Source: Planctomycetota bacterium
Lineage (GTDB): Bacteria; Planctomycetota; Planctomycetia; Pirellulales; Lacipirellulaceae
Length of the DNA stretch: 64,000 bases
Assembly: GCA_039190745.1 (NCBI GenBank)
Contig: JBCCXZ010000005.1
Span: 35,506 to 99,505, forward strand
Direction: 5' to 3'
The notes beneath the pieces were generated by a model that was given only the letters and a program-made list of their open reading frames with translations, was not told where the DNA came from and searched no databases. Numbering within the stretch: the first letter of the stretch is position 1; every line of letters starts with the position of its first letter. Shown here in pieces: positions 9,856-17,520 of this stretch. The translations under genes and the position numbers were made by a program.

Positions 9856-10021
9856 GTTCTGGTCGTCGACGGCTCAACGCAGTGTCGATCTAACTCCCCT
9901 CATTGCCTCAAGATCGGCGACAATCGAAGTAGCCATAAAAAATTAGTATGCACCACCTGGATTGGCTGGAAGCGCACATCCGCTTCGCCACTAACGTAGA
10001 CGCCTATACGAAGGATAAACC

Positions 10022-10243
10022 GTGAACGACGACCACGCCTTCCCTTCCTCGTACGAGCAGTGGCGGCACTGCATCGAAGGCATCGGCAAGATACGACTGA
10101 CGCCGAGTTACCTCAGCAAGCGCCTGTCAGAACTACAGGATGAGAAGAATGCAAATACCCGTGAGTTTTCTAGGCTCTACGGAAACGATCGCCTCCAGCG
10201 AACCATCGAGTGGTTCCGTCGGGCGGCTGACGAATTGACCTGA
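10022..10243 (+). CDS. Small conserved-looking hypothetical protein (73 aa)
   Basis: RBS AAGGA before GTG. The P.SYEQWRHCI...LT..YL..RL..L......T..F.RLYG......I.WF.RA pattern looks like a real small-protein family; no name assigned. Confidence 0.65.
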   Translation: MNDDHAFPSSYEQWRHCIEGIGKIRLTPSYLSKRLSELQDEKNANTREFSRLYGNDRLQRTIEWFRRAADELT

Positions 10244-10695
10244 GTAACTCGAACACAAGCGGCGCCAAGAGTTGCTTGCCGAGACGGTCACTAAGCGGCG
10301 TGCGGCAGCATAGACGCAGGTATCGCACGCAGCGTCGGGCCGCCCCTTCGTGCTTCGCTCACTCGCTGAAACAACTGGGTTCTAGTCAAGCGGACGCGAG
10401 ACTGCAGCGCCAGCTTTCCGGTCCAACACTCCTGCTGCAAGAAGAGGCTCGCGCCTACGGAGAAGCACCACCTGCCTCACATCCAGGCAGTCGAACCGGA
10501 CGCACACTAAGTGGTCCAAACACCTACTCAGCAAGGCTTGCCTAGCGAGATGGAAATCGAATCAAGTCACTGCAGTATCCGTAGAACAGTAGTGGCAAGT
10601 AGCGATGATCAAAAAATTATGATTATCGACAATTAAGAAAGCTTGCGGCGAGTGACGAGGGATGCGAGATTGGTTTGCAGAATTGTGAGCCTACT

Positions 10696-11169
10696 ATGAA
10701 CGCATCGCCTCTCAGGCGTTCTATCACCGCCCTGCTTGTCACGCAGCTTGCCCTCCTGGGACTCACAGGAGAGTCGCTCCACTATTTGCTGGAGCCGAGC
10801 AACCCTCTCACCGAAGCGGGACAGCAACAAGCGGACGGCGAAAAGCACGTCCACTTCCACCGTCACGGCGCAGACTACCATTGGCACGCACACGCCGTAC
10901 CCTCAGTAAGCCGAGCGTCAGCGTCTGAGAATGTCAGAGAGGACGGCGTCGCCGATGCCGTCCGGATGCCGGCATTCTGCCACACACAGCACGCCTGCCC
11001 GGTCCTGAGCGCCCTCTCGGCACTCGAGGACGCGACATCGCAACACTCTGTCTTCGAACAGGTTGCTAATCATCAGCGGTTGCTGCGGAGCCAAGCTTGG
11101 CTCTGCTGGGATTGCGATCATTCTCGTGCCAACACCGCACGCGGACCGCCGGCTACCCCCTTCGGATAG
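10696..11169 (+). CDS. Secreted His-rich protein with C-terminal RGPP motif (DUF2946-like putative arrest-peptide leader)
   Basis: N-terminal hydrophobic segment (RRSITALLVTQLALLGL), HVHFHRHGADYHWHAH, CHTQHACP, C-terminal TARGPPATPFG*. Confidence 0.7.
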   Translation: MNASPLRRSITALLVTQLALLGLTGESLHYLLEPSNPLTEAGQQQADGEKHVHFHRHGADYHWHAHAVPSVSRASASENVREDGVADAVRMPAFCHTQHACPVLSALSALEDATSQHSVFEQVANHQRLLRSQAWLCWDCDHSRANTARGPPATPFG

Positions 11170-11361
11170 CTCTGTTCTCGGTCCACTTCGATGAGTTTCT
11201 CAGGGTCGGTACGCGCTAAGCCCGTCCACTCCAGCCCACATCCGGGCGTAAGTCGGTCGACGAAGCAGCTTAGCGTTCCCGCCACTCACTCTCGCTGAAA
11301 CGCACTCGGCCGCCCCCGCCAATGTGTGGCGGTGCGCCATCGCCTAAGGAAAACAACTCTC

Positions 11362-12291
11362 GTGAAGACTCGAATCCCTATCTTCTGTTTACTCGCCTTC
11401 GCGGCCGCCTGCGCAGGCTTCTCCGGCGAAGCCCACTCCCACGGCCTGCAGATCCTGCTCGACTCGGACGGGTCAGGCGGCCTGCTAGGCGGGTACGCGA
11501 GCGGCCCGCACCCACGCGTGACAGGCGTCCAGATCGACGAGGCGCTGTTGTGGGACGAACGCGTCCGCTACGCACCGGACTACCCCAAAGACCTCGCGAA
11601 CGGCATACCGGGAACCCTCCTGCCGGGCGACCCGCCAGTAGAGATCACTTGGCAAGGGCACAAGTACCTGATCGAGTACCACCCCGCCGAGTGGGATACC
11701 CAACTCGAGTGGCGGCTGGCGCCAGAGTCGAGCGACTTCCCAGGCGTCACGCCGTTGCGCGGCGCCTTCGAGGAGATCAACGCACACTACGGCGACGGAA
11801 CGCTCGACCTCCGTTTCAATCTGCAAGGGCCGCTGCGGCGATGGGACGGAGGAGCGTTCACGCCCGCGACCGACGCAAGCGTGAGCCTCACTAGCCAAGA
11901 CTGGCCCGAACCAGACGACGGATTCTGGTACGTCGAGTTGCACGACGAAGTGACGTCCTCAACCGGTGTTGTCTCCACAGTTCCTTACGATATCTCGTGG
12001 TCCGGCTACGACGACGGCGAGCACTGGCATTACCTGTGGACCCTCAACGGCCCCGACGAGCTAACGCCCGCCCCCGAGGGCGTGTACCTCGTCGAGTTCA
12101 CAATCAGCAGCGGAGACGGCGGCGTGGAGAGCCACCCGATGTGGCTGCTGCTGCGGCAGGGCCTCGACGCTAACTCGGCGACCTACCTTGCCGCGGAGGC
12201 GGCGGCAATCGCAGCGGTCCCCGAGCCCGCCGCACTCGCCGTCGCAATGCTCGGCGTCACGGCGCTGACTGCACGCCGGCGGAGGGCCTAA
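11362..12291 (+). CDS. PEP-CTERM surface protein with predicted mature N-terminal His and HWH motif (putative metal-binding)
   Basis: RBS AAGGA then GTG 11362; signal peptide ending AHS|HG; EHWHYLWTL..PAPEGVYLVEF; VPEPAALAVAMLGVTALTARRRRA. Confidence 0.85.
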   Translation: MKTRIPIFCLLAFAAACAGFSGEAHSHGLQILLDSDGSGGLLGGYASGPHPRVTGVQIDEALLWDERVRYAPDYPKDLANGIPGTLLPGDPPVEITWQGHKYLIEYHPAEWDTQLEWRLAPESSDFPGVTPLRGAFEEINAHYGDGTLDLRFNLQGPLRRWDGGAFTPATDASVSLTSQDWPEPDDGFWYVELHDEVTSSTGVVSTVPYDISWSGYDDGEHWHYLWTLNGPDELTPAPEGVYLVEFTISSGDGGVESHPMWLLLRQGLDANSATYLAAEAAAIAAVPEPAALAVAMLGVTALTARRRRA

Positions 12292-12294
12292 ACC

Positions 12295-12990
12295 ATGGGG
12301 CCCCCGCTCCGCCGGGCCGGGTTCACCCTTGTCGAGCTGCTCGTGGTGATCGCCATCATTGGAGTGCTCATCGCCATGCTCTTGCCTGCGGTCCAGGGCG
12401 CGCGGGAAGCCGCGCGCTCGGCCGCCAGCAAGAACAACCTGCGGCCGATAGGCCTCGCGGTGCAGATGTACTGCGACACGCACGACGGCGTGTTCCCCGA
12501 ACTCGACCACAGCTACGGCGAAGACTCACGCTCGTGGATTTTCTCGCTCGAGCCTCATGTTGAGTCGGTCGACGCGATCCGCATCTGCCCGACCGACGAG
12601 TTTGGCGATGACCGGTTGAGGCTCGACATGTCGAGCTACGTCCTGAACGACTACCTCGTTGGCGAGGTCGAGTGGGGCGTGCGCGACCGCGACAAGCTGC
12701 AAGCGACTACCAGGACCCTGCTCGCCATGGAGATCGCCGACCCGCCTCAGGACGCTCACGGCCAACCGGACGTGACCGCCCAGTACGAGCACGCCCACGC
12801 TAGCGCGTGGTTCACGCCCGGGGCGATCACCTTCGGACTGGTCCAAGCGAACGTCGAGAAAGACATCTGCCTCGACCGGCACAGCACCGGTTCGCACTAC
12901 CTGTACGTCAGCGGCCACGTGAAGACCATCTCTGCCGCGCAGGTCCACGAATGGATCGATCAACCGCACGATTTCGCGCGTCCGCAGTGA
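12295..12990 (+). CDS. DUF1559 / prepilin-type N-terminal cleavage domain protein with H-X9-DG-like C-terminus
   Basis: [69 protein letters not shown]. Confidence 0.9.
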   Translation: MGPPLRRAGFTLVELLVVIAIIGVLIAMLLPAVQGAREAARSAASKNNLRPIGLAVQMYCDTHDGVFPELDHSYGEDSRSWIFSLEPHVESVDAIRICPTDEFGDDRLRLDMSSYVLNDYLVGEVEWGVRDRDKLQATTRTLLAMEIADPPQDAHGQPDVTAQYEHAHASAWFTPGAITFGLVQANVEKDICLDRHSTGSHYLYVSGHVKTISAAQVHEWIDQPHDFARPQ

Positions 12991-13017
12991 CGCGCTCCCT
13001 AGAAAGGACAGGAAACA

Positions 13018-13908
13018 ATGACGACGCGCACGTGCTACGCGTTCGCGGTGATGGCGGCCCTGGCAGCCGCCCCAACCGTGCTGGGCCACGGGACACCGGC
13101 GGATGTAACGGCTGTCGGCGGCCAATTGACCATCACCGGCAACGCCCCAACTACGCCCGGCGGTTTCACCGACCAGCTCTTCGCCGAGACAATTACCGGG
13201 TCGGCCCTGATACCCGTTTCGCAAGATCGGCTCTTCACAGACTTCCCAGGCGTCGACATCACCGGCATCAGCGTCGGGTCGGGACTCTGGATCGAGCCCC
13301 TCATGCTCGACGCAGACCCGGGGCCCGGGGTCTCGCCGAGGGGCGTCTGGTGGTGGTCGCCGATCTCGGAGGAAGTTGAGCCGCTGGACGAAGAGTTCCG
13401 TATCGACCTGATCTCAGCCCGAGGCTTTGGGGTCACAAGCCTTGCCCCTGACGAAGCGATCGCCGAGCCCCTTGAGATCATGGAGCCCCTGGCCTCAGAC
13501 CTCAACAACCACCGCCACCCACTCTATTACGTCGTGCCTAACGGCTCTGTAGCCCCGACCGGGGCATTTGCCTTCTTCGCAAAGCTCACCTCGCCGACGT
13601 ACGATTCGTCTGAACCCTTCTTGATCGGCCTCAACCACGGTCTCGGGGCGACTCAGTTTGTCGAAGCCGTTCAAGCGATCAACGAAGCGGCGGGGAGTGT
13701 TCCGGGCTTCTACGACCCCGACCCCGACGGCGACGTAGCCGACCTCATGGCGTGGCAGAGGACCGACGGGACAACGCAATCGCTTACTAGTTGGGAAACC
13801 TACTTCGGCGAAGGGGCTTCTCCGATAGCGGCGGCCATCGGCGTGCCCGAGCCCTGCTCAGTAGTTCTGATGCTCGTCGGGACATTGTGTTTCCGTTCGC
13901 GCCGATAG
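13018..13908 (+). CDS. Second PEP-CTERM surface protein with predicted mature N-terminal His and HRH motif
   Basis: Signal peptide ending VLG|HG; NHRHPLYYV..APTGAFAFFAKL; DPDPDGDVADLMAWQR; VPEPCSVVLMLVGTLCFRSRR. Confidence 0.85.
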   Translation: MTTRTCYAFAVMAALAAAPTVLGHGTPADVTAVGGQLTITGNAPTTPGGFTDQLFAETITGSALIPVSQDRLFTDFPGVDITGISVGSGLWIEPLMLDADPGPGVSPRGVWWWSPISEEVEPLDEEFRIDLISARGFGVTSLAPDEAIAEPLEIMEPLASDLNNHRHPLYYVVPNGSVAPTGAFAFFAKLTSPTYDSSEPFLIGLNHGLGATQFVEAVQAINEAAGSVPGFYDPDPDGDVADLMAWQRTDGTTQSLTSWETYFGEGASPIAAAIGVPEPCSVVLMLVGTLCFRSRR

Positions 13909-13946
13909 GCCGAGTCGCCACTCGCAGAGATAGCCGGGCGGAAGGT

Positions 13947-13978
13947 GGAAGAAGTGGCAACGCAGCCACTCCTCTTCC
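13947..13978 (+). terminator. Hairpin downstream of the PEP-CTERM/DUF1559 operon
   Basis: GGAAGA-AGTGGC-aacgca-GCCACT-cc-TCTTCC followed by a pyrimidine run. Confidence 0.45.
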
Positions 13979-14052
13979 CCCCTCTTCGTTGAAAATAGCC
14001 ACCTGATCGGGTATACACTAATACGCCCTCAGCGCCCGCTCATTGATAACTC

Positions 14053-14396
14053 AGTCGTAAGCACGTAGCCGTCTGCCCTTAGCCAGACGAGCGCCGTGCC
14101 CTCTCTTCGTCTCAGCCCGTGTGCGTAAGGTCGCTTTCGTCCTCAGAAGCCGGGAGCACGTGCGCAGAACGAACTAGACGCCAACCGAACCCGAAGCGAC
14201 CTAACGCCATCCGGAAGAAACACTTCCAGTCACGGCGTCACACGAGAGCATGACGACTTCTGCAGAGCCCCCAAACACAAAACCCCGCAGTTTTGTCACT
14301 GCGCAACTAGCCGCGACTCTACAAGTCGCTGGAGAACCCAAGCCCCGGCCCGACAAAACCAACCGATTCTGTCCACGCCACGCGTGTAGGGCTCTG
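14053..14396. ncRNA. Candidate structured non-coding RNA or structured repeat element (unassigned)
   Basis: At least ten mutually compatible nested helices in a ~510-bp gap between convergent genes (see findings). No recognisable Rfam signature. Confidence 0.3.
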
Positions 14397-14419
14397 AGAG
14401 GTCAATAAAGAATGAGGAG

Positions 14420-15400
14420 TCACCGAACGCCAAAGCACTCGATCTCCAGCCCCGTCAGCTCCTCGGCAACCGCAGCCGCGCTCGCCGGCCGGCGGAGCGG
14501 GTCCTTCGCGAGCAGCCGGTGCACCAGCGACGCCACGCCCTTGGGCAGCGTCGGCACGAGGTGACGCACACAGTCGGGCGTCACTTCGCGGTGCTGGCGG
14601 ACAAGTTCCTCAGGCGACTCGGCTTCGAGCGGCAGCCGGCCGGTGATCAGCTCGTAGAGCGTCACCCCCAAGCTGTAGAGGTCCGCCGCAGGCCCCGCGG
14701 TCATCCGCGAGGTCACCGCTTCGGGTGCCACGTAACCCAGGCTCCCAACCACCGGCCGCTGGGTCCAGTGCAAGCACTCGGCCGGTGTTTGAGCAAAGCC
14801 CAAGTCGATCAGCGTCGCGTGCCCGTCGGCGGCGAGAACGATGTTGCCCGGCTTCACGTCGCTGTGCACGGCGCCCGCCGTGCGGTGCAACGCTTCCAGC
14901 CCCTCGGCAACCTGACGCACCGCCCACAGCATCGTAGGCAACGGCAGCTCACGCTCGCCGACGTACCGCGACAGTGGAACCCCGCCCAACAGCGGCGACA
15001 CCGTGTAGAAAGGCGGCTGCTGAACGCCCGACGAGAGCACCGGCAACAGGTGCGGGTGCGAAACTCTGGCCCCGATCCAAGCCGCCCGCCGTTGGAGCTG
15101 GATCGCCACCGGGTCGGCCCACCACTCCTTCCGCAGCACCTTCACCGCGTAAGCCGGCGGCTGCTGCGACGGAGACGACTCCGATCGGGCGGCGTACACC
15201 CGGCTGAGCGGACTCTCATGAATCAGCCGCACCAACTGCCAGGGGCCGATGCGGCCCACGCCGTCGACGGTGTTATCAGTACCCGCGAACCCCACCATCA
15301 GCGGGGCCCGCGGCGCAGACGCCGAGGCTTCTACCGTTGCCATACGCGTTCGAGCTGTCTTCGAGAGGAGCTGGGTCGCAGCGGCGCGGGTTGCAGTCAA
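14420..15400 (-). CDS. Hanks-type Ser/Thr protein kinase (kinase domain only; alternative start ATG 15343)
   Basis: YAVKVL, HPHLLPVL, VHSDVKPGNI, LIDLG, GSLGYVAPE, ADLYSLGVTLYELITGRLP, LLAKDPLRRP. Confidence 0.9.
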   Translation of the reverse strand: MTATRAAATQLLSKTARTRMATVEASASAPRAPLMVGFAGTDNTVDGVGRIGPWQLVRLIHESPLSRVYAARSESSPSQQPPAYAVKVLRKEWWADPVAIQLQRRAAWIGARVSHPHLLPVLSSGVQQPPFYTVSPLLGGVPLSRYVGERELPLPTMLWAVRQVAEGLEALHRTAGAVHSDVKPGNIVLAADGHATLIDLGFAQTPAECLHWTQRPVVGSLGYVAPEAVTSRMTAGPAADLYSLGVTLYELITGRLPLEAESPEELVRQHREVTPDCVRHLVPTLPKGVASLVHRLLAKDPLRRPASAAAVAEELTGLEIECFGVR

Positions 15401-15579
15401 CCAGAACCGCTGATGGGCGGCCGCGTTGCGGGACGCGGCCTCGCTAGCGACCGCCTGCGGGGGCCGTCGCCAAAGCCTACATCGGCGCAGTTTGCGGCGT
15501 CACTCGACTACGATCAGGCCGAATACACCGAGGAATCCCGCTCAAGTGTGAAGCTAGGAAACCGAGCGCGGGTTTGCCG

Positions 15580-16617
15580 TCAGGAACCGACATAGGTTGC
15601 CAGCACCTTGCGGGCAACAGCGGGGTCGTCGGTCCCCGAGATGATGGCCCTGCCATCGGTAAACAGCGTGACGGTAAACCCGTCAACCTCGAGTCGCAGG
15701 AGGTATGCGTTTCCGCGGACGACCCCTACGGGCTTGAGCTTTTCCGAGAGGATTGCCAAGTCGATCGTACCCGCTTCGGCCGAGGCGAGCTGCACGGCGT
15801 TGCGGCCGCAGAGCACCGCCGCCCGCGAGCCGCGGCGGCCTTCGAGCCAGGCGTAGTCGTGGCGGTCGCAAACGCGGCAGTTTCCGCCAGCGATGGCCGA
15901 CAGCTCCATCGACCGGAACTGATTGCGCCAAAGGTCGATCACGAAAAAGCCCCGCTGGATGGCGTCCCGCCGCCCGGCGAGCAGCTTCAACGCTTCCATC
16001 GCCTGCAACGAAGCAACCACGCCGACGATCGGCCCGACCACGCCGGCGGTTTCGCAGGTCGGCATCTGATCGGCCGGCGGTGGCTCGGGCACAACGCAAG
16101 CGAGGCAAGGCGTTTCACCGGGAACGACGGTCATAGACTGGCCCTCCGACCCGACGCAGGCGCCGAATACCCACGGCACGCCCGCAAAGTCGGAGTAGTC
16201 GTTCAGCAGATAGCGAGTTTCCAGGTTGTCGGTGCCGTCAACAATCACGTCGACGCTCTTGGCAAGCCGGGGCAGGTTCTCGGCGGTGACGTCGGCAACC
16301 TCCGGTTCGATGACAACCTCCGAGTTGATCGAACGCAGGTGATCGGCCGCCGCGATGGCCTTGGGCAACTCAGCCGCAACATCGGCCTCGGTATACATCA
16401 CCTGCCGGTGGAGGTTGTCGAGTTCTAGGAAGTCGCGGTCCACGATCCGCAGCCGGCCGACGCCGGCGCGGGCGAGCGACTCGCAGACTACTGAGCCCAA
16501 CGCCCCGCACCCGACAACCAACGCCGTGCCGCGCCGGATCCTCTGCTGGGCTTCTTTGCCCAGCGGCTCGAACCGCATCTGGCGGCGGTAGCGGTAGAGG
16601 TCATCGGTCTCGTCCAC
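15580..16617 (-). CDS. ThiF/MoeB family adenylyltransferase
   Basis: RYRRQ, VVGCGALGS, IVDRDFLELDNLHRQ, DGTDNLETRY, CLAC, CETAGV, CRVC, LCGRNAVQ. GTG start with GAGG RBS. Confidence 0.92.
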   Translation of the reverse strand: MDETDDLYRYRRQMRFEPLGKEAQQRIRRGTALVVGCGALGSVVCESLARAGVGRLRIVDRDFLELDNLHRQVMYTEADVAAELPKAIAAADHLRSINSEVVIEPEVADVTAENLPRLAKSVDVIVDGTDNLETRYLLNDYSDFAGVPWVFGACVGSEGQSMTVVPGETPCLACVVPEPPPADQMPTCETAGVVGPIVGVVASLQAMEALKLLAGRRDAIQRGFFVIDLWRNQFRSMELSAIAGGNCRVCDRHDYAWLEGRRGSRAAVLCGRNAVQLASAEAGTIDLAILSEKLKPVGVVRGNAYLLRLEVDGFTVTLFTDGRAIISGTDDPAVARKVLATYVGS

Positions 16618-16634
16618 GGGCGTCCTCGCAGCGT

Positions 16635-17519
16635 TCAGACGACGAAGTAGCCGGCCAGGTCGAATTCGGGAGCCAGCTCGGCCTGTAGCCTGTCGCTCGC
16701 GGCGCGAGCCTCGGCAGCGTCGTCGCAGCCAACGCCCGGTCGGATTGCTAAGACCGGCAAGCCGCACTCAATGGCCCAGAGCGGTGGCGTTTCACCGAGC
16801 GGCACTTCAAAGACAACCGCGTCGGGGCGGCAACCCAATACCTTGGCTTGCTCATCACTCATCCTGGCTATCACCGCGACAAACGAACGCTCGGGCCGGT
16901 AGTCACTCGCAGCCTGCTCTGGCGTGACGACCGTCAGCAGCACGCTGTCGTGCCAGTCAAGTCGGCGACTTACTTCGATCCACTCCTCTCGGATGGCGGT
17001 TAGGTTTGCCAGCAGCCCGACTCCCAGGCGATCGGCCTCCGAGCAGACCGCTTCGGTCGGGTCATTCAGCAGCAAGCAGGCTTCGGCCCGATGGGCGGAT
17101 TCGATATCGGCAACCGACTCCGCAAGAGCGGCGCCGCGGAGCACCGTCCGCTTTCGTTGCAGCCGGAAACTCGGCCCGTCGACGTGCCACTGTCGCAGGC
17201 AGACCCGAGTCAGGAGTTCCTCGGTCGTACCGTCGTCGAGACAAACCTGGGCCTGCAATTCGTATTGGAATGGCATCGCCGGCGACCAGCAGCATAGGTC
17301 GTAGACACCCGCTGTGGCGGCTGCCGTACCGCCTTCGGCTGGCTCTGTGTTGGCGAAAGGAAAGTCGGCGGCGAGCGTCCGGGCGTACTCGCAGTACGGC
17401 CCGCGTAATCGGCCCGAGATTGAAGCAACGCCGCTGCTCGACCGGGCGTCGAGACGGGCTTCCGCGACCGATTCGCTGTCGAGTCGGACGCTCCAGTGGA
17501 GCAGGTCGAGCACGCCCAT
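16635..17519 (-). CDS. Hypothetical protein resembling a degenerate GH2 fragment
   Basis: CWSPAMPFQY and LRQWHVDGPSFRLQRKRTVLRG resemble the GH2 WSPE.P.LY / G.R......F.LNG....LRG segments. ATG lies 2 nt after the uvrA stop. Confidence 0.55.
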   Translation of the reverse strand: MGVLDLLHWSVRLDSESVAEARLDARSSSGVASISGRLRGPYCEYARTLAADFPFANTEPAEGGTAAATAGVYDLCCWSPAMPFQYELQAQVCLDDGTTEELLTRVCLRQWHVDGPSFRLQRKRTVLRGAALAESVADIESAHRAEACLLLNDPTEAVCSEADRLGVGLLANLTAIREEWIEVSRRLDWHDSVLLTVVTPEQAASDYRPERSFVAVIARMSDEQAKVLGCRPDAVVFEVPLGETPPLWAIECGLPVLAIRPGVGCDDAAEARAASDRLQAELAPEFDLAGYFVV

Positions 17520-17520
17520 C

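Noticed and set aside
8200..14000. Metal island as a mobile element
   Set aside because: No integrase, transposase, tRNA target or flanking direct repeats seen; only a compositional difference.
14135..14146. Minus-strand CTGAGGACGAAA resembling a hammerhead ribozyme core (CUGANGA...GAAA)
   Set aside because: Only one nucleotide separates CUGANGA and GAAA, leaving no room for stem II.
14020..14400. Possible tmRNA, RNase P RNA or cobalamin riboswitch
   Set aside because: No tRNA-like GGGG...CCA ends or tag ORF, no GAGGAAAGUCC, and no B12-box on either strand.
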